Below are positions 1-7,807 of a DNA stretch of 29,702 nucleotides, in pieces (the stretch's first letter is position 1; each line of letters opens with the position of its first letter). This stretch comes from Archangiaceae bacterium (GTDB lineage: Bacteria; Myxococcota; Myxococcia; Myxococcales; Myxococcaceae), in NCBI GenBank assembly GCA_043750125.1, contig JAYVCD010000453.1:1-29702 (forward strand), given 5' to 3'. The position numbers were made by a program, and so were the translations under genes. The notes below the pieces were generated by a model. That model did not search any database. It was given only the letters and a program-made list of their open reading frames with translations, and was not told the DNA's origin.

Positions 1-1203
1 GGCGGCTTGAGCTGGACGGCGGTCACCGGCTTTGGCGGCTTCAACGTTCAGAGTCTCGCGGCGCCGAACGCCACCGACCTGTGGCTCAGCGGGGACACCA
101 CCGTCTCGAGCGCAGGGTTGATTTCGCGCCTGGTCGGAGCCACCCGCACGGATCAGACCCTGCCGGCCTCGCCCAACAACGTCTTCACCGTCAGTGGCCT
201 GTTCGCCCGCTCGTCCACCGAGCTGGTGGCCTTGAGCTTCGGCGGGGTGGTGCTCAAGACGCTCACCGGCGGGCCGGCGTGGACGGAGTCTTCGAGTGGC
301 ACCCGCGCCCAGCTGACCCGGGTTGCGATTCCGCGCGGCGGTGTCTTCAACAACACGGTCTGGGCGGCAGGGGGCGGCGGCTTGATTCAGCGCACGCTCA
401 ACGGCGGCGTCGACTGGACCGCGCAAGGAGTCGGCGTGATCGGCGCGGCCCTGTCCGGAATCAGCATGGTCGATGTCAACGGCACGGCCGCCGGAGCTCA
501 AGGGTACGTGGTCGGGACCAACGGGTACATCGCGTACACCGTGAACGGCGGGACCACCTGGGCGGTGCACGCCGACAGCGCGATCGTCACCAACGCGCTG
601 TACGACGTCGACTGCCGCAGCAGCACCGCGTGCATCGCGGTCGGCGCGAACACCACAGTGCTGGTCAGCAACGGAGCGTTGCCCGGTGCGTGGACGGTCG
701 CGACCGTTGCGGCCACGGCTGAGAGCTACCGCGGCGTTGCCACCTACCTGGTCGGCGGCTCCACTCCGCGGGCGATCATCGTCGGCACCGGCGGCTCGGT
801 GCGGATCTTGAACAACACCCTCTGGTCCAACCCTGCCCCGGTGGTCGGCGCGAACTTCTACGACGTGGCGGCGAAGTCCGATGCGAGTGGGATCGCGATT
901 GCAGTCGGTGCCAATGGGATCATCTACAAGAGCCTCGACCATGGAATGACCTGGGCCGCCAAGCCGTCAGGCGTCACCAACGGCTTGAGTGGCGTGGATC
1001 ACGCAGCCGGAACCAACACCTGGTACGCAGCCGGCTTCGGAGTGCTGCTGAAGTCGATCGACGATGGCGAGACCTGGGCGCCGGTGATCACCAACTTCGC
1101 GCAGGCGCTCAACAGCGTGGCGGTCTCGAGCGTCAATCCCAACCGATTGTGGGCGGTGGGCGTGAACGGCAGCACGCTGTTCAGCAGCAGCGCCGGCCAG
1201 TAG
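1..1203 (+). CDS. C-terminal part of a YCF48/BNR (Asp-box) repeat beta-propeller protein, 5'-truncated by the window edge
   Basis: Frame is open from base 1 to TAG at 1201-1203. Repeated Asp-box-like motifs (RTLNGGVDW, YTVNGGTTW, KSLDHGMTW, KSIDDGETW) and AVG.NG.I repeats. High GC3. Confidence 0.85.
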   Translation, partial: GGLSWTAVTGFGGFNVQSLAAPNATDLWLSGDTTVSSAGLISRLVGATRTDQTLPASPNNVFTVSGLFARSSTELVALSFGGVVLKTLTGGPAWTESSSGTRAQLTRVAIPRGGVFNNTVWAAGGGGLIQRTLNGGVDWTAQGVGVIGAALSGISMVDVNGTAAGAQGYVVGTNGYIAYTVNGGTTWAVHADSAIVTNALYDVDCRSSTACIAVGANTTVLVSNGALPGAWTVATVAATAESYRGVATYLVGGSTPRAIIVGTGGSVRILNNTLWSNPAPVVGANFYDVAAKSDASGIAIAVGANGIIYKSLDHGMTWAAKPSGVTNGLSGVDHAAGTNTWYAAGFGVLLKSIDDGETWAPVITNFAQALNSVAVSSVNPNRLWAVGVNGSTLFSSSAGQ

Positions 1204-1208
1204 TTGAT

Positions 1209-1247
1209 CTTCGACAGTGCGGTGGATGGGCACCGCACTGACCGAAG
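1209..1247 (+). terminator. Strong hairpin just after the stop codon (possible terminator or stabilising stem-loop)
   Basis: CAGTGCGGTG (1215-1224) is the perfect reverse complement of CACCGCACTG (1231-1240), extended by CTTCG/CGAAG. No U-tract follows. Confidence 0.45.
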
Positions 1248-1413
1248 TGAAGGGGAAGGGGTTTGCCCTGGGCAGGGATTGTGCGTGATTGACGCAACCC
1301 ACGCGCTTCGCTGCTTCGGCCCTTGAGACGCGAACAGCCCGACCGCTGGCGAGTTCGTTGGAGACTCTGGCATCCTGTCGGGCCGGCCTGGTCTTCGCCG
1401 GGCAGGAGTCGTG

Positions 1414-2078
1414 ATGCGCTGGACCTGGTCGCCGATCGCCGCCGTTCTGCTGCTCACCGCGTGCGGGGGCGAGATCTCGTCCGCCGGCAGCGGGGGCGGC
1501 AGCGGAGTCGGAGGCGGCAGCGGAGTCGGAGGTGGCAGCGGAGTCGGAGGTGGCAGCGGAGTCGGCGGCGGAGCGGCGTCGGTGGCGGGAGCGGGAGCGG
1601 AATCGGCGGCGGCAGCGGAGTCGGCGGTGGCGGCGCGATCAACGAGCTCCTCGCCGCTCACAACGCCGTGCGCGCAGCGGCGATGCCGGCCCCCAGCCCT
1701 CAACTGATGACCAGGAGCTGGAACAGTTCTGCGGCAGGCGTCGCGCAGACCTGGGCGAACAACTGCGTCTACATGCACAACGCAGGACGCGGCAGCCTGG
1801 GAGAAAACATCTTTGCGGCAACCGGGGGCAGTTGGACCCCGACCCAGGTCGTCAATTCCTGGGCGAGCGAAAACGTGGACTACACCTACTCCACCAACAC
1901 CTGCGCAGCGGGCAAAGTGTGCGGCCACTACACCCAGATTGTCTGGCGCTCGTCGATTGGATTGGGCTGCGGCTCGAAGACCTGTACGACCGGCAGTCCC
2001 TTCGGCTCCGGCACCTGGTTGTTCTGGGTCTGCGACTACAGTCCTCCGGGCAACTCCGTCGGAATGAAGCCGTACTGA
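1414..2078 (+). pseudogene. CAP/SCP (PR-1-like) domain lipoprotein with Gly-Ser linker, frameshifted by one missing base at about 1571
   Basis: AGGAG RBS, then MRWTWSPIAAVLLLTAC (lipobox) and (SGVGGG)n in one frame. The CAP domain (LLAAHNAVR, GENIF, CGHYTQIVW, WVCDYSPPGN) is in another frame ending TGA 2076-2078. The junction falls in a 17-nt repeat unit among 18-nt units. May be an assembly error. Confidence 0.8.
1501..1631 (+). repeat. Coding tandem repeat, 18-bp unit AGCGGAGTCGG(A/C)GG(C/T)GGC encoding SGVGGG
   Basis: Units start at 1501, 1519, 1537, 1555 (17 nt), 1572, 1596 and 1614, with a 6-nt partial unit at 1590. Confidence 0.9.
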
Positions 2079-2285
2079 GCACGCAGCAGTCTGCGTGGAT
2101 CCGGCGGGGCAGGCGTCGTCGTCGGTCAGCGCCACGACCGCACTTGTTGTTTTTCCTCGAATCGCCGTGCGCGGACTTCACGGGAAATGCCACCCGAGGC
2201 ACGCCGCCGAGCGCTCGATTTCGAAGCGCCGGCCAGATGTCGGTTGGGGCTCGACCCTGCTGCTGAGAGCACCCGGTTGGCTGCC

Positions 2286-2719
2286 TCGTAGAGATTCGGC
2301 CCTACGTGCGCGCAGGGGGGCCATCGGCAGCAGCGGTTCTCGCGGCCCATGGGCATTGGCGGGAAGTGCTGTTCGTTCAGCACGCCTTGCTCGCGGGTTG
2401 CGTTCGCTTTCTGGGACAAAGGCACCCCGTCGCCGAACAGTGCAGGCCGACGGGTGGTTTGGTGAAGGCATTCGCCTTTCGTGGGGTGAACCGGTGAGAA
2501 CCACCCCCGGTGGTGAGCGCTACCCGCGTGGCTCGACGGCAAACCACACCGCTGGGGGTAGTTCTCACCAGAACGACGCAGAAAGGGCCCTGCAGAAGCG
2601 AACGCAGCCCGTACGCACTGGGCTCGAGTCAAAGAACAGCTCTTCCCGCCAATGCCCGTGGGCCGTGGGAACCTCTGCTGCCGATATCCCCTGCGCGCAC
2701 GTGGCCCGGATCTCCACGA
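2286..2719 (+). ncRNA. Candidate large structured non-coding RNA or long nested inverted-repeat element of unknown family
   Basis: Arm 2286-2374 pairs with 2634-2719, and 2393-2413 with 2593-2612. Inner hairpins at 2423-2456, about 2457-2492 and 2493-2569. It lies between convergent genes and no credible ORF covers it. Confidence 0.6.
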
Positions 2720-2741
2720 TCAAGCCGTGGCTTCCCCACGC

Positions 2742-3413
2742 TCAGCCGGGAAACGCAGCGCAGAGCGGGCAGCGCGCGGCCAGGTGCGGTCCGTCGACGC
2801 GATGCAGATCGAGCAGCTTGCGCGAGTGCTCGGCCAGCGCGCGACGCAGCTCGCGGCGAGCGCCCTTCACCCGCGCCACCTGCATCGAGTCGTAGGCGGT
2901 GGTCGCGTGCCGCAGCCAGGCGATGACGGCCGCTTCAGCCCGGCGATCGATCTCGATTCGTTTGGTGCGCGCCACGGTGCCACTGCCCACGGGCGTGGCG
3001 TGCGCGGTGACCGCGTGGGCGAGCGCGGCTGCGAGAGCAGCGTGGGACGACGAGAAGCGAAGAAACGCCTGCACCTCGGCTTCGAAGTCCGTCACGTAGG
3101 TCGCCTGCGCCATCTCTCGTCGGCGCAGATCTCCCTCGCGCTTCTTCGCGTAGCTCTCGGTCGAACGCTCGGCCTCGAGGGCGGTCCGTGCCGCGGCGAT
3201 TTGCGCGGCCGCCACCCAGACACCCCGGGAGAATGTCTTGCGGCCCTTCTTCTCGACGACCGTCCAGCTGTCGCCGCCGGCCTTCACTCTTCGGGTCAGG
3301 CCCGCATCGCCCGGAGGCAGACATTCCCAGCCGGCCGGAATTTCCAGCACCCGACCATCGGGAGCCCGGACTCTTCGGGGATCTGCGGTGGGCGCGAAAG
3401 TCAGGGTCTGCAT
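2742..3413 (-). CDS. DUF2293-like conserved protein
   Basis: Likely start ATG at 3413 (MQTLTFAPT...). Motifs LPPGDAGLTRRVK, KGRKTFSRGVW and GSGTVART...AEAAVIAWLRHATTAYD are typical of this family as I recall it. Confidence 0.8.
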   Translation of the reverse strand: MQTLTFAPTADPRRVRAPDGRVLEIPAGWECLPPGDAGLTRRVKAGGDSWTVVEKKGRKTFSRGVWVAAAQIAAARTALEAERSTESYAKKREGDLRRREMAQATYVTDFEAEVQAFLRFSSSHAALAAALAHAVTAHATPVGSGTVARTKRIEIDRRAEAAVIAWLRHATTAYDSMQVARVKGARRELRRALAEHSRKLLDLHRVDGPHLAARCPLCAAFPG

Positions 3414-3644
3414 TTTGAGAGGATGAGCAAACAATCCAAGGCCGGGAACTTCGCTCGCCCCAGCCCAAAAGTCTTTCGCCGTCCGCATGTCAGTCGAGTG
3501 CACGACTGACACCTACCCATCCACGAACGGTCGGTGCGCGGCCCTGGGTGTCAGTGGTTTGTGACACCTGGCGCAGCGGCTGCTGGCGCTGGGCGGGCTT
3601 GGCTTCCCCGAACCTCTGGCCAACAAGCCGCAATGTCATCGGGG

Positions 3645-4321
3645 ATGCGAATCCCAACTGCCCTCGCTTCTTCTCCTGCCGCCCGCTTCGATCGTCCCCC
3701 TGCGCAGGCCCAGGTGCCTCAGGTCGCGGCGCGGCCGGTCGACGCCTTCGAGCCGGCGAAGGGCCCGGTCGATCGTTCTGCGGCAGTCGCGATGGTGAAG
3801 CTTCAGAAGGTCAGCGGTCCGATCTCGGCCGATGCGCTGCGCCGGGCGATTGTCGATGGGATCCAGGACAAGGACGGCCACGGAGCGTCCAGCGAGCTGT
3901 CGACGATTCAAGCCTGGGGGACGGCCCACGCGGGTCGGCTGACGAAGGCCGCCAAAGAGGTGCTCGCCGCGTGCGTGAAGGTATGGACCGCGGCGCGAAA
4001 AGACGGGCAGACGGGGTTGAGCGCCGCGCAGGTCACGAAGCTGGGCGCGGCGATGGCGCCGAGCTCCTCTTCCTCGGCGACGTGGCCTGGCACTGGCGCA
4101 ACGTTGCCGAAGTTCGCTCTCGCGCCCGACTCGCGCCGCTGGTGATGGGTGAGGATCGCGACGGGGTCCTGCTGCAGCTGCAGGAAATCAATCGACTGAT
4201 CGCAGCCGAGCCGCCGCTGCAGGCGGTGCCGGGCCATGACAAACAGCGCCTCGACCAACTGGTGGCGGGTGGCTTTCTCAGAGCGGGCTTTGAAGTCGAG
4301 CCCGCCCAGCCCCTTCCGTGA
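3645..4321 (+). pseudogene. Hypothetical protein, probably frameshifted near 4130 (alternatively two coupled ORFs, 3645-4145 and 4145-4321)
   Basis: MRIPTALASSPAARF...PVDAFE start with high GC3. Restoring one C in GACTCGCG (GAC CTC GCG) joins it to the high-GC3 frame LAPLVMGEDRDG...PLP* ending 4321. A TGATG overlap also exists at 4143-4147. Confidence 0.5.
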
Positions 4322-4325
4322 AGCT

Positions 4326-6128
4326 CTACGGGACGGTGGCGGCCGCTCCGCCCGAGAACTGGTAGCCGTCGCCTCCGGTGCCGTTGAGAAGCACGCTCAC
4401 CTCATCACCCGGAGCCAGCGCCGGAGGAGATCCCGCGGCGGGCGTCAGCTGCACGGTTCCGGGCGGAAGCACTCCGTAGGGCACCGGGGGCACGAGGCCC
4501 GCCAGAGATTGAACTTCCCACTTCACCACTCCCACTGCGTCGATCACCCGCAGCGCCACCGCGGGCTTCACCGGTGACCACCCGATCGCGTTGCCGGTGA
4601 CGGTGACCACCAGGTCCAGCTTGTTGTGGCCTGCGAGCAGCCGCAGCTGAATCGGCCCGGTCGGACATTCGGTCAACAGCATCGACCCCCGCCGCGACGC
4701 CTCGATGAAGCCGGCCTTTTCGACCAGCGCCGTCGAGACGACCGCCAGCCCCGAGAGCAGCGGGAGGTTGAGCGTGAACTGTCCCATTTCGTTCGACGAC
4801 GTCGAGAGCGTGCAGCGGGTGCCAAGCTTGCCGCATAGGGCGTTGAACGCCGTTCCGCTGAGCGCCTCATCGAAGCCGAGCACCACCGCGCCCGTCACCG
4901 GGCTGCCGGTTCCGTCGACCGTCGTTCCGGAAATCTTGCACCGCTTCGCGCTCGTCACCGCTTGGCTGCTGACCGAGATTTTTCCCGCCGCGGTGCAGCT
5001 GCCGCCACAGGTGCCCGCCACCGTCGGGGCGGGGGTGGATCCTCCGGAGTAGGCGACGCCGGCGTACTGAACGGTCAGGGGTCCACTCGCGCTCAGCCCT
5101 GCCGACAGACAGAAGCTGCCGTCCGCGTGCGACACGCTGGGTTCAGATCCTTCGAGGCTGACCATCGCTCCTTCCGCGCTGTGGCCGTCGGCTTCCACCG
5201 TGCCGGTCACGCACCCGGCAGAGGCGGCGGGCAACGCAATCGTCCAGTAGCCGGCGCGCGTCACCGTCGCGACCGCGACCACGCCCCCCGCGAATTGCCC
5301 CTCGCGCACTCTGGGCAGCGCGCTCTCGGGGATCTTCAGCCCGAACTCGGTCTCGAGGGTGCCTTGCGCCTGCTTGCTCCAGGTGCCCTTGGCTTCATCG
5401 AAGTATAAAAAGGGAACTTCGATGAACGCCGTGCCGGGCTGCGCATCTTCCACCTTTCGCCAGGTGACGAACGGAACCCGCACCCGCAGCACCGGAGGAC
5501 CGGCATCGACCGCACCGCCATCGCCGCCGGGAAAGCCCGCATCGCCTTCCGGGACCCCTGCGTCCTCGTCATTTGGCCCCGCATCGAGCAGCGGCCCCGC
5601 GTCGAGCTCGTACCAGGCGACGACGATGGGCCGCAGCGCCTCGAGCCCAATCAAGTGTGGCGTCTCGGTCGACGGCTCGAACACCCGGGCGCGGCCGATC
5701 AGGTTGTCGGGCACTTCGTTCAGACTCAAGTCGTCGGAAGCGCCGACGCAGTGGTTGTCGGTGCACTCGATCGCTTCGGCCGTCTCGAGCGCAACCGACA
5801 GCTGCGCTTCGGTGAAGGGGCCGACGAACAGCCCGCGAAAATTCGGCACCAGGTTGCTCGAACGAAAGGCGACCACCACCCGGGTGTCGGCCTCGGCGGG
5901 GAACGACAATCGATAGCCTCCCGTCACCGAGCTCGTCGCCGTCGCGAGCTGCTGTCCGTTGCTGGCCCGGGTCACCGTGACGGTGGCGCCTTCCAACGGG
6001 TCACCTCGTCGCTCGGTGCCTCCGAGGTAGACGGTACCGGTGAGGTTGACGTTCTTGTCCGAAGGTCGCGGCAGCCCGCCCGAGCAGGCGCACAGCGACA
6101 AGCAAAGGACGAGGCAGATCTCGCGCAT
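4326..6128 (-). CDS. Secreted lipoprotein with carboxypeptidase-regulatory-like (prealbumin-fold) domains and a DAG-repeat linker
   Basis: 600 aa with lipobox LSLCAC. Repeated G.V...G.P..GA.V motifs (PLEGATVTV, SAEGAMVSL, PVTGAVVLG) and paired cysteines. Confidence 0.8.
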   Translation of the reverse strand: MREICLVLCLSLCACSGGLPRPSDKNVNLTGTVYLGGTERRGDPLEGATVTVTRASNGQQLATATSSVTGGYRLSFPAEADTRVVVAFRSSNLVPNFRGLFVGPFTEAQLSVALETAEAIECTDNHCVGASDDLSLNEVPDNLIGRARVFEPSTETPHLIGLEALRPIVVAWYELDAGPLLDAGPNDEDAGVPEGDAGFPGGDGGAVDAGPPVLRVRVPFVTWRKVEDAQPGTAFIEVPFLYFDEAKGTWSKQAQGTLETEFGLKIPESALPRVREGQFAGGVVAVATVTRAGYWTIALPAASAGCVTGTVEADGHSAEGAMVSLEGSEPSVSHADGSFCLSAGLSASGPLTVQYAGVAYSGGSTPAPTVAGTCGGSCTAAGKISVSSQAVTSAKRCKISGTTVDGTGSPVTGAVVLGFDEALSGTAFNALCGKLGTRCTLSTSSNEMGQFTLNLPLLSGLAVVSTALVEKAGFIEASRRGSMLLTECPTGPIQLRLLAGHNKLDLVVTVTGNAIGWSPVKPAVALRVIDAVGVVKWEVQSLAGLVPPVPYGVLPPGTVQLTPAAGSPPALAPGDEVSVLLNGTGGDGYQFSGGAAATVP

Positions 6129-6139
6129 GGGGCCGTCGC

Positions 6140-6399
6140 TACCACAGGCGCGACATGCGGTTGAATTGGCGATCGCCGCAAGGACCGTCTTTGTGGCCCC
6201 CAGTGCGAAGCGATTTCAGAGGGCGCTGGACCTGATGGATAAGTACCGCGATGTGCCGATGGACTGGGTCGACGCCTTGCTGGTCGTGAGCGCCGAAGAG
6301 ACAGGAGTCGCGCGGGTGCTCACTTTGGATCAGCGAGGGTTTCTCAGTTACCGGATGCACGGGCGCAAGCCGTTTCAGCTCTTCCCGCGGGTGCGATGA
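6140..6399 (+). pseudogene. C-terminal remnant of a PIN-domain (VapC-like) ribonuclease
   Basis: ALDLMDKYRDVPMDWVDALLVVSAEETGVARVLTLDQRGFLSYR matches the second half of VapC PIN domains. The N-terminal D(T) strand and first helices are absent, and no antitoxin lies upstream. The 5' boundary is approximate. Confidence 0.75.
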
Positions 6400-6408
6400 A
6401 CGACCGCC

Positions 6409-7711
6409 TCACCACGAACCCGAAGAGCCGCCTCCGGACGAGCTTCCACCGCCGAAGCCCGACCCGGAGGAGGACGACGAGGAAGAGCTCGAGCTGCGGC
6501 GGGTGAGGCGGGCCGTGTGGCGGGTGTAGCTGTTGCGGTAATTGCAGTGCGCGCAGCTCTCGTCCACCTGGACCCACCCTTCGCTGTACTCGGTGGCGTA
6601 CTGCAGCGTGGTGGACGAAGAGTGAAGGGTGCGGTTGCGGCAGCCCTGGCAGCGCGAATAGCTCGAGAACCACGCGGTGGTGTCGCGGACCAGCACGGTC
6701 CGGCAGACCCCGCACCAGCAGACGTCGTAGTCGATGGGTCCCACCGACTGCTCGGCCCGCTGACCACTTCGTTCGCTGAGCGCAGGGGAAAGCCGTGGAT
6801 CAACACCGGAGCGGCGCGAAGGTTCGCTTCGATCACCTCGCTCAAGTCGGGGGCGTTCATCGCTGCATTCCCGATCTCGGCTTCCAGGGCCGCGGCCCGA
6901 GGGTCCTGGTGGAGCTCGTCGGGAAAGGCGAAGGCCGCGTCCGGTCGTTCGAGGTTCACCGCCAACAGCGCAGCGCGCGGATGTCGGGGCGCCAGCGACG
7001 CGAGCGCGCGATCACGCACTTGCGAAGCCGAGAAGTTGCGCGACCGTAAAAAAAAACGAGGAACAGCTGCCGACCCTCGGCCACGTAGAGCTCGTTGGGC
7101 AGCCGCTCGAGCGCGTGAACCGTTTCCTGCGGGACTTCCTGGGGCAGATCGATGACCCACCTGCGCGGGCTGGGGTCGGAAATCTGTCCGGTGATGAACA
7201 GCTCACTCACCTTCGCTTCCGCCAGCGCTCCCTGGGTCGAGACCTGGGCCCGCGGCGCCTTGGGCGCGGCGCTGGTCAACAGCTCGGCCAGGGCGCGGGC
7301 CCCCTCGAGCAGTGCCTGTTCGGGGTGGCCGGCTTTGAAGTTGCTCACCACCTGATTTTTCATCACCGCGTCGGTATCGCCGGTCGAGATCCGATTCAGC
7401 CCATCTCCGAGAAGGATTTTCGTCTTGCGGTCCTCGAGCGCGACGAACAGCAGAATGCCGTTGTTGTACTCGGGGTGGCCGATTCCCCATTGATTGAAGA
7501 CGCAGGTCGCGAAGGCGCGCGGCACCTTCAGCTGTCCTCCCCCGCTGCGGTTCACTCCTTCGGCGATCGCATCGAGGCCCTGCAGCGTCGAGACCGAGAT
7601 CTTCCCCGAGGTGTCCTTCGCCCAATGCCCCGCGGGCGGAGCTCCCAGGTCAGGCGTTGCGGCCAGGGCCACTGCCGAAACGCACCACAACCCCACGAGC
7701 TGAGTGCGCAC
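6409..7711 (-). pseudogene. TPM-domain (TLP18.3/Psb32/MOLO-1) protein with CxxC zinc-ribbon and Ser/Gly-rich tail, in three pieces
   Basis: Signal peptide and TPM motifs (FNQWGIG...NNGILLFVALEDRKTKILLGDGL). Frame change near the A9 run at 7048-7056. Second frame change near 6750 into DYDVCWCGVC...CQGC...CAHC...SSSSGSGFGGGSSSGGGSSGSW*. The expected TM segment is missing. Confidence 0.8.
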
Positions 7712-7807
7712 GTGCGCTCCCTACTTCAGTCGTCCTCGATTAAGAGGCGTGGCCAACCGCCGTTCACCCCGAGAGCAGTCGAGGGACGGCTTCGTCAAGG
7801 GTGGCCG

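Noticed and set aside
1501-1631. Tandem repeats as a CRISPR array
   Set aside because: The units are contiguous with no unique spacers, encode SGVGGG, and no cas genes are present.
2538-2590. GGCAAACC...GACGCA resembling a c-di-GMP-I (GEMM) riboswitch
   Set aside because: The GNRA-capped P2 and spacing do not fit, the bases are engaged in a longer stem, and no same-strand gene follows.
2286-2719. Retron msr-msd, or an IS/MITE with terminal inverted repeats
   Set aside because: No reverse transcriptase or transposase is in the window and I found no target-site duplication. It is kept as an unassigned structured element; trans-mobilisation cannot be excluded.
2095-2926. ORFs crossing the structured intergenic region (2095-2895, 2126-2632, 2178-2504 and others)
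   Set aside because: They show no GC3 bias, have Arg/Ala/Pro-rich shadow composition and carry no motifs.
7115-7807. N-terminal extension of the 880-aa S9 ORF
   Set aside because: It is antisense to the TPM gene. The signal peptide begins at ATG 7808.
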